Shown here in pieces: positions 26,130 through 38,200 of a stretch of 62,853 nucleotides of DNA (position 1 is its first letter; the number at the start of each line of letters is the position of its first letter). Made by a program: the position numbers and the translations under genes. This stretch comes from a virus. The stretch lies in IMG/VR virus record IMGVR_UViG_3300037419_001387; one strand, given 5' to 3'. Below the pieces are notes generated by a model, which worked only from the letters and a program-made list of their open reading frames with translations, did no database searches and was not told where the DNA came from.

Positions 26130-28957
26130 ACGAACTGGGCCGCTCCTCGCTCACGAATAACCGCAACGCGGCGCCGCCGGCGAGGGTGTCGAGTCTGGTC
26201 GCGCCCATAGCTGGCGACTGGGGATCCGTGTCGAGGTTCGCCAACTCGGTCATCGAACGGCTGGACCTGCGCGAAGGAGCTCGCGGCGCGCCGCTGGAAA
26301 AGACGGTGCTCAAGCGCGACCTCGAGGACCGCCTGAAGGAATTGAACCTCATCCCGCCGGCGGCGAAGGCGGCAAGCGGCGGCTCGGCGATGGTCCTGGG
26401 CGCCAACGGCCAGATCACCTACCGGCCGTTCGAGGACTTCGCGCGAGACATCTTCAGCACGAGCCTGTGGAGCAGCTTGTCGGCAAGCCTTTCCGATCCG
26501 CATCGCTTCGACGACCTGCCCGCGGAAGTGCGCAAGATCGTCAGCGTCGACATCGCCGCAGTGGCCAAGTCGCGCGGCGCTGACATCCAGCGACTGGACC
26601 AGAAGATCCAGAGCCTCGAGGAAAGCCTTGCGCTAAGTGTCACGGAGCTGACCGCCTCGGTGCAGGGGTCGGCCGCTGGCATTCGAGAAACCACGTGGGC
26701 GTGGGCGTCGGCACAGCGCGCGTCCGCCGGGCAGATCACGCAGATTCAGGCGCGGCTCGACAACTTCAGCGGCGGCGCACCGGGCACGGCAACGGTCGAA
26801 TCGAAGATGACGGCCATCGCCGATCGGGCGACGGGGCTGGAAGCGCAAATCGTCTTCAAGGTCGCCACGAACGGCGCGGCCGCCGGGCTGGGCATTGCCG
26901 CAACCACCGACACCTCGGGTAACTCGACCAGCGCGATCATCATGCAGGCCGACAAGGTCGCATTCGTCTCGCCGAGCGACACGATTTCCAATCCGCTCAG
27001 CCCGTCCGTCAACCGCATCCCCTTCGGTGTGGACCTGACCAACGACACGATCTACATCAACGGCGCGGTGCGCATCAACAGCGGCGGAACGCGGCTGGAC
27101 CAGCTCGGAAAAGCGGTGGTCCTGTCCTCCTCGACGCAGGTGTTCAAGCAAAGCACCACGGGCACGTGGGACGCCACCTCGATCACCGTCACCGCGTCGA
27201 AGTCGGGCGGCTTGTCGGGCAGCGTGGTGTGGAGCGTGGTCAGCGGCACCTACACCGGCTCTCTCACCGGCACCGGCGGCACGGGTACGGCTTCGGGATC
27301 TCTGTCGGTTGCGCGCGCGAGCATGACGACGCAGCAGGTTACTTTCCGTGCGAGCGTGACCGACAGCGGCCAGACGTTCACCGACGACATCACCATCGTG
27401 CAGCTCGTCGACGGATCCTCGACGATCACCGGGTTCCTCACCAACGAAGCGACGGCCGTTCCCGCATCGCCCGGTGGCGTGGTGACCGACTTCTCCTCGG
27501 CGAGCGGATCGTTCAAGGTGTTCCAGGGCGCCACCGACGTCACCGCCTCGGCGACGTTCTCGATCACGAGCAACCCGAACACGCTCACGGCCTCGATCAA
27601 CGCGTCCGGCAACTACTCGGTGACGGCGGCCGGATCTTGGTCCTCGTCTTCGAGCACCACCTCGATCACGTTCCGCGCTGCGTATAGCGGTGTGAACGTC
27701 GACAAGGTATTCGTCCTGAGCAAGGCGCTGCAAGGGCTTGCCGGAAATAATGGCGGCCGCGGCACGCAAAACGGTTACGGCTCGCTTTTCAGCATCTACC
27801 TGCAAGGCACGAACGACAGCGCCGACCCGTGGCCGCTGACTGGCACTTCGGCGCAAACGGCCAACGCGTTCAAGGCCAATGCGGTCATTTCGAACATGCT
27901 CACCGGCGGCTCGCTCACCAGCTTGTCGAGCACCGCCGGCCTGATCATCGGCGACCAGGTCACGCTCACAGACAGCGCCACGCCGACGAAGGCCGAGACG
28001 CGTGTGTGGAATGGCTTCAACTGGGTCAAGCCGGGCACGGTGATCAACGGCAGCCTGATCGTCACGGGCACCGTCAGCGCGTCGGCCCTGACCGCTGGCG
28101 TTGCAACTGGCGCGCGCGGCAGCGTTGAGCTCCTGAGCTTCTCGACACTGCTGAAGGTGACGCGCACTGGTTCCACGACCATTCCTGCTGTCTACATCAG
28201 CGAGAACGATGGCATCGACTACGGCACGGAGCTGGCGTACTTCAAAGGCGGCAACTCCAACAGCGCGATTGCCACCGTGCACATGGAGTCGCATCAGGCC
28301 AGCGCCCTCGGCTTGCTGTGCGATTCGTTCGGAACGACGAGCGGCTCGGCCAAGTTCCGCAACTACGCCGGCAGCACGACGACGACCAGCAAGGAATTTT
28401 GGGCGGCGCCGGGTGCCTACGCGGCCTATTCGCCCGCGGGCAAAGGCAAGTATTACTTTCCCGACGGCGCCGGCCCGTTCACCGCGTTCCACCAGGGCTT
28501 CATCGCACGAGGCGAGTATGAGCTCGGCGACATCCTCGTCGACGACACGCTCATCGACCGGCAGGACATCAGCAACGCGATCTTCTCACTGGCCGTTTCG
28601 AGCAGCGCGAAGCAGGATGGCGTCACCGGGATCGTCAGCGAAGTGCGCGACCTGTCGGTGTATTCGCCGGACCTGTGCCGGCGCGACCTGTGGATCCTGT
28701 ACCACGAGACGCACGACCTTGTGGATGCGAACGCGCTCGGCGAGGGCCTGATCAACGTTTGCGGCGAGGCGGGCGACATCGCCCGCGGCGACTTGATCGT
28801 CACGAGCTCCACGCCCGGCAAGGGCATGCGGCAACTGACCGACGACGGCGCGCCGGACAACACCGTGCGCAGCTACACGGTGGCCGAAGCGCGCGAAGCG
28901 GTGACGTTCGATGATCCCTCGCAGGTCAAGCAGATTGCCTGCCGGTACCGGAGGTAA
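26126..28957 (+). CDS. Large tail fibre / host-specificity protein
   Basis: ATGA overlap. 943 aa. The central segment IQARLDNFSGG...AQIVFKVATNGAAAGLGIAA...IIMQADKVAFVSP resembles the lambda J / DUF1983-type host specificity region. Confidence 0.65.
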   Translation: MNELGRSSLTNNRNAAPPARVSSLVAPIAGDWGSVSRFANSVIERLDLREGARGAPLEKTVLKRDLEDRLKELNLIPPAAKAASGGSAMVLGANGQITYRPFEDFARDIFSTSLWSSLSASLSDPHRFDDLPAEVRKIVSVDIAAVAKSRGADIQRLDQKIQSLEESLALSVTELTASVQGSAAGIRETTWAWASAQRASAGQITQIQARLDNFSGGAPGTATVESKMTAIADRATGLEAQIVFKVATNGAAAGLGIAATTDTSGNSTSAIIMQADKVAFVSPSDTISNPLSPSVNRIPFGVDLTNDTIYINGAVRINSGGTRLDQLGKAVVLSSSTQVFKQSTTGTWDATSITVTASKSGGLSGSVVWSVVSGTYTGSLTGTGGTGTASGSLSVARASMTTQQVTFRASVTDSGQTFTDDITIVQLVDGSSTITGFLTNEATAVPASPGGVVTDFSSASGSFKVFQGATDVTASATFSITSNPNTLTASINASGNYSVTAAGSWSSSSSTTSITFRAAYSGVNVDKVFVLSKALQGLAGNNGGRGTQNGYGSLFSIYLQGTNDSADPWPLTGTSAQTANAFKANAVISNMLTGGSLTSLSSTAGLIIGDQVTLTDSATPTKAETRVWNGFNWVKPGTVINGSLIVTGTVSASALTAGVATGARGSVELLSFSTLLKVTRTGSTTIPAVYISENDGIDYGTELAYFKGGNSNSAIATVHMESHQASALGLLCDSFGTTSGSAKFRNYAGSTTTTSKEFWAAPGAYAAYSPAGKGKYYFPDGAGPFTAFHQGFIARGEYELGDILVDDTLIDRQDISNAIFSLAVSSSAKQDGVTGIVSEVRDLSVYSPDLCRRDLWILYHETHDLVDANALGEGLINVCGEAGDIARGDLIVTSSTPGKGMRQLTDDGAPDNTVRSYTVAEAREAVTFDDPSQVKQIACRYRR

Positions 28958-28961
28958 CGCC

Positions 28962-29555
28962 ATGGATCAACGGATGCGATTACGGCATGCGATGGCCAAG
29001 CACCTCGGCAAGGTGATGACGCCGGAGATAGCGTCGGCGATCGAGACGGAGGCCTTCGCGGGCGATGAGCTGGCCATCATCGCGCCCGAGGTGGGCGCCC
29101 TCATGGGGCGGTCAGTCTCGCGCGAGCAGGTGGAACACCTCGAAGCCGCGCTGCAGAACCTGCCGCAAGCGGACTGCCCAGTGCGCCATCTTTTCGCGCC
29201 CGGAATCTATGCGCGGGAAATGACCATCCCTGCCGGCGTCGCGCTTACCGGAGCGGTCCACAAGACAGAGCACCTGAGCATCGTCTCGAAAGGTCGAATC
29301 GCGGTCACCACCGACGATGGCGTCAAGGTGCTTTGTGCGGGTGAGGCGTTCGTCTCGAAGCCGGGCGCCAAGCGAGCAGGCTTCGCGCTGGAAGAAACGG
29401 TGTGGACGACCATTCACCCGACGGACGAAACCGACATCGACAAACTGGTCGAGCTCCTCACGGAGTCGACCAACGCCGAGTTGCTCGGCGGCAGTGACAA
29501 CAGGCAATTGAGCGTCAGCAGCGCGCCCGCGCAAATTCAAGGAGATCCACTATGA
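28962..29555 (+). CDS. Hypothetical protein, cupin-like beta-barrel impression
   Basis: GGAGG RBS. Contains VRHLFAPGIYAREMTIPAGVALTGAVHKTEHLSIVSKGRIAV. Confidence 0.5.
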   Translation: MDQRMRLRHAMAKHLGKVMTPEIASAIETEAFAGDELAIIAPEVGALMGRSVSREQVEHLEAALQNLPQADCPVRHLFAPGIYAREMTIPAGVALTGAVHKTEHLSIVSKGRIAVTTDDGVKVLCAGEAFVSKPGAKRAGFALEETVWTTIHPTDETDIDKLVELLTESTNAELLGGSDNRQLSVSSAPAQIQGDPL

Positions 29556-30676
29556 GCTTCGGAGTAGCAGCAGCTGTCGGCGGCGGTCTGATCCTTGGCA
29601 GCATGATGAACAGCAAGACGCCCGACACGTCGGGTATGAATCAGGCTGCCGTGGACAATGCCAAGCTCGGGCAGGAACAGCTAGACTGGTACAAGCAGAT
29701 CTACGCTGAGCAAGCACCGATCCGGCAGCAGGCGATCGACGCGGCGCAGAAGGTCAGCGATGCGCAGCTCGCGGCGATGAAGACCGCGACCGATCAGGCG
29801 CAGAAAGACCAGGAATACCGCGAGACGGTGTTCCAGCCGCTCGAAAAGGGCATCGTCAACGACGCCGAGGCCTACGACACCGAGGGCAACCGGGAGCGCC
29901 TTGCCGGCCTCGCGCTGGGCGACGTGCGACAGAACTTCGCCACCTCCGGCGACATCGCGACCCGCAACATGGAACGCATCGGCGTGAACCCCAACGATGG
30001 TTCATTCGGCGCGACGAACAACGAGCGCGCGATCGCCGAGGCGGCCGCCGGTGCGGGTGCGGCGACGAAGGCGAGGCAGGATGCTCTCACGCTGGGCCAC
30101 GCGATGAAGATGGACGCCGCCAGCCTCGGCCGCGGGCTGCCCAGTTCACAGGCGACGCAAGCCGGACTGGCCATCAACTCCGGCAACAGCGCCGTCGGCA
30201 ATTCGCAGGTGCCGCTCAACGTCACGACGCAGGGGGCGAACATGGTGGGCGCGGGCTACACCGGCGCGGTCAACGCGAACAACAGCGCGGCCAACATCTA
30301 CGGGCAGATCGGCAACATCCAGAACAACTCGGGCCAGCAGAACAACGCGCTTTACGGCGCCGCCGGGCAGGCGTTCGGCGCGTACATGGCGTCCGACAAG
30401 AACATCAAGGAAAAGAAACGCCCCATGAAGGGCGAAATCGCGCTAGCGATCGTCAACAAGATGCCCGTGCAGAAGTGGCGCTACAAGCCGGACAGCTACG
30501 CGGCAGATGGCGGCAAGGACCACATCGGCCCCATGGCGCAGGACGTGCGCAAGGCCGCCGGCGAAAGTGCGGCGCCCGGCGGCAAGGTGGTGAACCTCGG
30601 AGACATCGCCGGGGTCACGCTCGCGGCGGTCCAGCAGCTCGACAAGAAGGTCGAGCGCCTCGCAAAGAGCCGGTGA
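29552..30676 (+). CDS. Virion protein with a hydrophobic Gly-rich N-terminus and a C-terminal S74-type intramolecular-chaperone-like segment
   Basis: Begins MSFGVAAAVGGGLILGSMM. Near the C-terminus, ASDKNIKEKKRPMKG...HIGPMAQDV...LDKKVERL resembles the SD..K.N motif of self-cleaving fibre chaperone domains. Confidence 0.55.
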   Translation: MSFGVAAAVGGGLILGSMMNSKTPDTSGMNQAAVDNAKLGQEQLDWYKQIYAEQAPIRQQAIDAAQKVSDAQLAAMKTATDQAQKDQEYRETVFQPLEKGIVNDAEAYDTEGNRERLAGLALGDVRQNFATSGDIATRNMERIGVNPNDGSFGATNNERAIAEAAAGAGAATKARQDALTLGHAMKMDAASLGRGLPSSQATQAGLAINSGNSAVGNSQVPLNVTTQGANMVGAGYTGAVNANNSAANIYGQIGNIQNNSGQQNNALYGAAGQAFGAYMASDKNIKEKKRPMKGEIALAIVNKMPVQKWRYKPDSYAADGGKDHIGPMAQDVRKAAGESAAPGGKVVNLGDIAGVTLAAVQQLDKKVERLAKSR

Positions 30677-30892
30677 TCAGGGAACGCAGTCGTAGACCCA
30701 CTGACCCATTGGCGCGAGCATCGACAGGCGAGCATGCAGGTGATGCTTCGCGCACTCAGCCTCGGCCAGGTCTTGCGCCTGCCGCGCTTCCTGCATGCGC
30801 GCTCGAACGATGACACTTCGCTCGCTCGAGCTGACGACTTGGGCCGCGCAGCCTGAAATCACGAGCGCGACGACGACCAGAAGCAGTTTCAT
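30677..30892 (-). CDS. Reverse-strand 71-aa lipoprotein (moron) inside the virion operon
   Basis: GGGAGG RBS. MKLLLVVVALVISGC carries a lipobox. Its stop abuts the convergent upstream stop (TGATCA). Only the last 71 codons of track ORF 30677..31786 are credible. Confidence 0.6.
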   Translation of the reverse strand: MKLLLVVVALVISGCAAQVVSSSERSVIVRARMQEARQAQDLAEAECAKHHLHARLSMLAPMGQWVYDCVP

Positions 30893-30970
30893 AGGTACCT
30901 CCCGGTGCGGAGTGTATTGCACGAATTCAGAAACATCAGAGGGCGTAATGCCCTGCACAAGGAGAGCTCC

Positions 30971-32257
30971 ATGGGCCAAGCAGCACTCGCATTTCTTGCC
31001 GGCATGGGCGGCGGCTATATGTCGCAGCAGCAGCGCAACATCGAAAACAAACGTGCAGCCGATGCCGATCAGCGCGCGCAGGACTTCCACGACATCCAGA
31101 TGCGCAACGCTCAGCGCGACGCTGACCTGCAAGCCTCGCTCGCGCAGGCAGCTCGTCCCGCGCAGGTGGACGTCGGCGCCGGCGGCGTGACCAAGCCCGA
31201 CACGGCCGACAACATCGACGTTGGGCAGCCCGGCGAGCCCGGCAGCGATAACGGCCCGGCGCTGTCGCAAGGCACACTCGTCAATGGCACGGCGTACAAC
31301 AACAGCGGCGATGCGGCCACGGCAGCGGCCAGCTACAACGACCCGAACGCCGTGACACTGCGCCAGGTGCAGGCTTACCAGCAGGCCGGAAAACCCGTGG
31401 ACGCGATGAACCTGCAAAAGAACGCGCTCACGTTGAACAAGGAGCAGACCGAATTCGCGAGGACGCTCAAGGACGAGGGGGCGTTCGATGCCGCCAAGGC
31501 ACTTCGCGCCGGAGACGCCCAGGGCATGGTGGATGCCTTCAACCGCGGCGGCCAGTACAAGATCGTCGGCACGCCGGTGCTTACGCCGCGCGAGCGCGAC
31601 CTGCCGGGCTTCGGTAAGGTGATGACCTATGACGCGCAATACGACATCCAGAATCCCGATGGTTCGATCACCCACCGGCAGCAGAACTCGCACGACCTGT
31701 CGATGCAACTGATGCCGTACGAGAAGGCGCTCGACCTGCAGCGCAAGGGCCAGAGCGAATCCGATCGCGCCGAGTACCAGTCGCAATTGATCGACGTGAA
31801 AGGCAAGGTTGCCGATGCGCAGGCGCAGGCAGCGCAGGCCAAAGCCGAAGCCACGGCCGCGAGGAGTGCGCAGGGGCCGTCGCGCGAAGAACGGCTGCGC
31901 TGGACTTCACTGTTCCAGGACGCCGGGCGCCAGATGATCGAGACGCAAAAGACGATCAACCAGTTGCAGCGCGACCCCTTGTTCATGCGCAACGCGCGCA
32001 AGGATCCGAACGGCCCCGAGGCGAAGCAACTGTCGGACCTGCAAGCCACGTACGCCGACCACAAGCAAAGCCGCGATACCTTTCGCGGCCTGCTCGCCGG
32101 CGCGGCAACGGGCCCGACGCTTGGCAACGCTCCGAACGCGAAGCCCAGCACCTCGCCGCTTCCGATGCCGCAGAACAAGTCGGACCTGAAGGCCGGCACT
32201 GTGTACCAGACCAGCCGCGGCCCGGCCACGTGGAACGGTACCGCCTTCGAGCAGTAA
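30971..32257 (+). CDS. Internal virion / ejection protein candidate
   Basis: AAGGAGAG RBS. 428 aa, Gln/Ala-rich coiled coil. It directly precedes the giant gene. Confidence 0.55.
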   Translation: MGQAALAFLAGMGGGYMSQQQRNIENKRAADADQRAQDFHDIQMRNAQRDADLQASLAQAARPAQVDVGAGGVTKPDTADNIDVGQPGEPGSDNGPALSQGTLVNGTAYNNSGDAATAAASYNDPNAVTLRQVQAYQQAGKPVDAMNLQKNALTLNKEQTEFARTLKDEGAFDAAKALRAGDAQGMVDAFNRGGQYKIVGTPVLTPRERDLPGFGKVMTYDAQYDIQNPDGSITHRQQNSHDLSMQLMPYEKALDLQRKGQSESDRAEYQSQLIDVKGKVADAQAQAAQAKAEATAARSAQGPSREERLRWTSLFQDAGRQMIETQKTINQLQRDPLFMRNARKDPNGPEAKQLSDLQATYADHKQSRDTFRGLLAGAATGPTLGNAPNAKPSTSPLPMPQNKSDLKAGTVYQTSRGPATWNGTAFEQ

Positions 32258-32266
32258 AGGAGAGCC

Positions 32267-35200
32267 ATGCCCAAAACCTTCAGCTTCGAAGAAGCGCTGG
32301 CACCTGCTGCGAAGGCGAGCGAGGTCGACACGATCCGCGCCGGTGTGGCTGGCCCCTTGGGCGCCACCAACGAGCAGATCGACCGCGAAGCCGCTGCCAC
32401 GCGCGAGAACCTGCAAACCGTGACGGATCCCGAGGATCGCCAGAACTTGCAGGAGCACCTCGACGATCTTGCGAGGCACCGCGCGCTGCCGCAGCCCGGT
32501 GAAGCACGCGAGACGTTTTCGTTCGAAGAAGCGACCCGCCCGCCTGCCAAGCAGCCGCTTCCTGCCGACGTGACTCCTTCGAGCGCTGGTGCAGGGCGCG
32601 GCAGCGTGAACCCGCCTCTGGCCAGCCAGCCGCAGCCGCAACCCGAAGCGCCGCCGCCGCAGCCCGACTTCTCGAACGCATCCGGCGCCGGTGATGCAGC
32701 TGCGATCACGGCGCAACCGACGACCGACAAGGTCGGCTCGGTGCTCGAGCGCGTCCCGCCTGAATCGGTGGGCGCCTCGTACATGGACCCGCAGCCGATG
32801 GGCCAGCTCGACCCGAACGCTCCGGTGCACATTCCGGGCGCGCAAGTCTCGCCAGATCTGGCCACCGCGATGACGCAGGCACGCGCGAACCGCCTGCGCG
32901 CCGAAGCGCCTGCACCCACGGTCGGCAACGTGGCCAGCGGGATCCGCGACTCCGTGGCGCTGTCGGCATTGCGCACGGTGCAGGGCCTGCGCATGGAGTA
33001 CGCCGATGCCACCGGCGACAAGCAGACCGCCGACGAAGCCAAGCGCTTCATCGACCTGTCGAACAAGTGGGAGCAGCAAGGAACGCCCGCGTTCGACAGC
33101 AAGGCCGCAGAGCTCGCGTATGGCGGAACGACCGGGCTGGCCAAGAGCGCGCCAGGCATCGCCCTCGGTGTGTTGAACCCCGCAATCGGCGCCGCGTTCT
33201 TCGGTGGCCAGACGCAGGCCGAGGCATACGGCAAGTACCGTGCACGCGGCGGCACGCCGCTCGAAGCGAGCGCCGGTGGAGTCCTCGAAGGCGCAATCAC
33301 GGCCGGCACGGGTTACCTGCCGCTGTCCTTCATGGCCGACAAGCTGGGCAAGGCTGGCATGGGCCAGTTCATTGCCGGATTGGTGGCGCGTGACGTTCCA
33401 GCGATGACGGCGCAGGGCATCGCCACCGACCTCGTCGACACGGCGATCGCGAACCCGAAAAAGACGTGGGGCGACTTCCTCGCCGAGCAGCCCGAGCACA
33501 TCGCCCAGTCGCTGGCATCCGCTGCGGTGTTTTCGATCGCTGGTGCCGCAGGCCATGGAGCCGTGCGCGCGGGCAGCGCGATTGCAGACCGCACCGGATC
33601 GCCTTCGCGCCAGTTCGGCCGAGCGCTCGACCAGGACGTACAGGGCGCGCAATTTGCGCCTGCCGAAGGCGTTGCCGCTGGCGAGGCAGGGTTCACGCCG
33701 AATCCGAACCTTGCCGCCGCGCAACCGGACGCTGCAGCGCCAGCCGCACCAGCAGCCGCGCCGCCCCCGGGGCCGAACGACACCAGCATGGCGGCCGCGC
33801 AAAACGACATCGCCTCGCAGCTCGCGGCGATTCGCCCATTGCAGGATCGCGCGAAGGCGCTGCGCGACGCCGGCGAGCAAGCTGTGGCCGATGAGCTCGA
33901 CCGGCGAGCCGCCACGCAGTCGGCCGACATCGAATTGCAGGCGCACCCGGATGCCGGGCCCGACTTCGAAGCCGCGTACCGCTCGCTGCGCGCCAACGGC
34001 GCCAAGCCTGCCGAGGCCAGTGCCCGGGCTGGGATGCTCGGCGCCTTCGCTCAGCACGCCCAACAGGCGGGCATCACACCCCGCGCGATCGAGGCGGCCA
34101 CCGAGCAGGCCGGCAAGCTGCCGCTGGCGCGCGTGCCGCAGTTCCTCGACACGTATGTGTCAGCGCTCAATTCGGCGGGGATGGGCAAGCCGATCGAACC
34201 GCAGCAGATCGAGAACGCTTCGCGCGACGCCGGCGAGCAGGCCATGGGCCGTGCGATCGACGCGCTTTATCCGCAGGCTCGCGTCGAAGAACCGGCTGGC
34301 GAAGCAAGCATCCAGAAGAGGCCGGCCGCCGAGCAAGCAGCCTCACCGCAGGAAGCGGGCACCGCCTCACGCCCGGGCCTCGAGCGCTTCCCGCCGGAGT
34401 CTGGCAGCCTGGGCATCCCGCGCGAGCAGCTGCCGCAGATTCGCAGCGAGGACCACGGCGCGCTGGTGAACTTCCTCAATGCCCGCGAGATTCCGCATGA
34501 GATCCACATGCTGCCGCCCGAGGACTTGAAGCCCACACAGGCCGAGTTCTCCCCGCAGAAGGTGCGCGACATGGCCGGGGTCGAAAGTGATCGCAGCGTG
34601 ATCGCCTCGTCCGACGGCTACATCCTCGACGGCCACCATCAGTGGATGGCCGCCAAGGAAGGTGGCCAGCCCGTCAAGACCATCGTTCTGGACGCGCCGA
34701 TCCGCACCCTCATCGAGCACGCGAAGGAGTTCCCGAGTGCGCGCAAAGAAACCGACCAGACCCAAGCGGCGCAAGCCATTGCGCCTGACCAAGGAGCAGC
34801 GCGAGGTGGCGAAGCGGCTGGGGCTGACGCGCGAGCAACTGGTGCTGGCGCTGATGGAGGTGAAGGCGCCGCTTCAGTAGAACTGCTCGGCCGCGACTAT
34901 GGCTCGCTCGATGGAGGCGCCAAGCCCTTCTCCTCATCGAAGGAAGCGCAGGACGCGCGCAAGCTGACGCCGCACCTTCGCGTGGTGCGTGTCGAAGGCG
35001 GCTTCGCTCTGGCGCCAAAGAGCGCTGCGCAGCTGGCCGCCGAAGAGCGCTCGGCTCAGCGCCTGTCGCTGCCCAAAACCAGCGAGAAGGGCACGCCGAT
35101 CCCGGCGCACGCGTTCATCGCGGCCGAAGGCGGACTGCGCCGCGGCGAAATGGCCGACACCGGTTTCGATCGCAACGTGCGGGTCGGCAACCGCACGCTG

Positions 35201-38200
35201 TTCGCAGCACAGGGCAAGGGCATGACGATCGAGCAGGCTACCGAGCGCCTGATCGAGGCGGGCTACCTGCACCCCGGCGCGCTGCACAACGACGCGTACG
35301 AGCTGATCCGCAAGAGCGTGAAGGTGCCGCAGTACAACGCCGAAGGCCTGCACCGCATCGCCCAGGCCGAGCACGCGGCCCGATTCGAAGACTACCTACG
35401 CGCCGAACGTGAGCACGAGGACAGCCTTGTGCCGCTCGATGAGCGCGACGCCGAAGGCATCGTCGACAAGCTCACCCCTGAGCAGGAAGACGAAATGCGC
35501 GCGCTGGTCGCAGCGGCCGACGCTGCCGGCGTGGACACCGAGGCGATCCTTGAAGACGCGGCCAGAAAGACCGAGAATGGCACTGCACATGACTACTTCC
35601 AAGAAGCCCGCGGTACCCTCGAAGCAGCTGCTCGCCCTGTCGGCGAAGGAACTGCTCGAGGAGAAGGTGCTCGGGCAGGGCGGAACGCGGCCGAGCCCGG
35701 AAGCGCTGAACGCAGCGGCTCAGTACCTGGCGAACAAGGCGCGCCGCGAAGCGACCGAACGGGCGAAAAAGACGGCCTGAGCTGGCAGGTTCGCGACACC
35801 GGCACGCTGGCCGTGCACGGTGATCCCGCGAAGATCAAGGAAGTCCTCAAGGGCATTCCCGAGCGCTCGTTCATGGTGATGGACGGCGGCTTCATGATCG
35901 GCCGCACGCAGGCCGACAAAGCGCTCAAGATCCTGGAAGGCCAGCCCGAAGAATCGAAGGCCAAACCGCTGTCGGTGGGCACGACGCCCGGCGATGTCGA
36001 ACCCGTGTCCGTGAAGAACGGCATCGTTCACATCGGCAAGCACGAGGCGATCGACTTCGACAGCGGCGAGCCGGTGAAGGTCAAGGACGGCGCGAGCGAC
36101 GCCGAGATTCGCAAGGCCTTGAAGGACGCCGGCGCGCTGAGCAAGCGCCAGAAGTTCTTCTACGGTGGGCAGAATCGCGAAATGAGCGAAGGCCTTACGG
36201 TGTCGTTCGACGGGAAGACTTACCCCGTCGCGTCGATCGAAGATGCACAAGCGAAGTGGAACCAGTTTCGCGCCGCTGCATCCCGGGAAGGTGGCGGCGT
36301 GCGCGATGTCGGGAACGGAGTAGTCGTCAAGAATGCATCCGGGAAAGAGCTGGGCCGTATCAGCTACAACGGCCGCTTCCACCCCGCACAGCCGAGCGCC
36401 GACCTTCTCGGCGAAACGCCCAATGCAAGCCAGCAGGCCGCCGCGAATATCAGGGGCGAGAAAGCCGAGCAGGAGCAACGCCAGCAGCAGCAAGCGCCGA
36501 CGCCGGGCGAATTCCGCCTCACAGGCAGCAACCGTCCCGCAGACGAGGCAGCAACTCGCGGACAGCGCGACCTTCTGAGCGGCGACGACTTCGATGCGTC
36601 GATGCATTCGCGCGCCTTCTATTCGGACCTTGAGCGCAACCTCGGCTCGATCGACGCACGCGCGATGCCGGCCGACGGATGGGCTAACCGCATCAAGGGA
36701 CTCGTGAACGCGGGCAAGGTGAAGGCCGACGAAGTCGAATGGTCGGGCCTGAGTGACTGGCTCAAGTTGCAGGACGGCAAGGTCACCAAAGACCAGGTGA
36801 TGCAGTTCCTGAATGACAACGGTGTGCAGATCCACGAGGTTGTGAAGGATGACCAGCAGCATCCCGACGAAACCGGTGAAGACCAGCGCCGGCGCGAGCT
36901 CGAGGACATGAGCGACGAGCAGTTCGCCGACGAGGTGTACGACGAGCTCGGGATCGAATGGGAACACGGCACCGATCGCGACGACTACATCGACGACATC
37001 ATCCGCGAGCAGGAGCAGGCCTTCGACGCGCACGATGGCGCCGGCGAGCAGAGCAAGACGAAGTACGGCAAGTACACGCTGCCCGGCGGCGGAAACTACC
37101 GCGAGGTGCTGCTCACGCTTCCGGTGAAGCGCAGCACGGACGGCAGCGCGCCGCCCCGATACAGGAGTAGTCATTGGGACGAGGACAACGTCCTCGCGCA
37201 CATCCGCCTGAACGATCGCACCGATGCCGAAGGCAAGAAGGTGTTGTTCGTCGAAGAGTTGCAAAGCGACTGGGCGCAAGCGGCGCGCAAGCACGGTTTC
37301 GCCGAAGAGTCTCCAAACATGGAAGGCTGGAGCGCGAAGCTGTGGGACAACGGGGCGGTGTACGAAGTCAGCGATGCCAATGGCCGTTTCGTCACCAACG
37401 TGACGCGCTCGGACATGCCGATGACCGGAGGCTTCACGCCAGAGAACGCGATTGGAGTCGCCCAGCAACGCCTCGTACATGATCCGATGGCAACCGCACG
37501 CCAGGGCAAAGTCCCCGCAGCTCCGTTCGTCGGCAAGACCGACGCATGGCTTTCCCTCGCCCTGAAGCGCATCGTGAAGATGGCGGCCGATGAGGGCTAC
37601 GACCGCGTCGCCTTCGTGAACGGCGAACAGAGCGCCGACAGGTACGACCTTTCTAAGCAAATCAGTCGCGTGCGCTTCGAGGACAACCACGCACTCGGCG
37701 TCGGGCGCGCTGACCTCGAAGGCCCGCACACCAGCGGCAACCTGTTCGCGTACGACCTCGATGGCAAACAGGTGATCGACAAGCGCGTCAACGACGCAGC
37801 GAAGGAATTGCCGGACCTGATTGGGAAAGAAGCTGCCGCGAAGTTGTTGGAACAGCCTGGGCGCAGCGAGCGCACGGGCGGGGGCAACGAATCGCGCGTG
37901 AAGGAACTGAAGGGCCTAGACCTCAAGGTCGGCGGCGAAGGCATGAAGTCCTTCTACGACAAGATCGTGCCGGCCGTGGCCAAGGACGTCCTGAAGAAAT
38001 TGGGCGGCGGCTCATTGCACGACATCGACCTTTCGCAGCCTCGATTCGTCGTGACGCGTGATAGAAACGGCCGAACATGGGGCTACGAAGACGAAGCTGG
38101 CGCTGGGGAATCCGGCTTCGCAACAAAGGAAGAGGCGACCGCAGCAGCGACTCGCGACAACGCAGCCAATAACGGCGACGCGGGCAAACAGATCGGCTTC

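Noticed and set aside
30893-31786. Upstream 298 codons of the 369-aa minus ORF 30677..31786
   Set aside because: They are antisense to a well-supported virion gene (30971..32257). Only the last 71 codons have an RBS, a lipobox and sensible composition.
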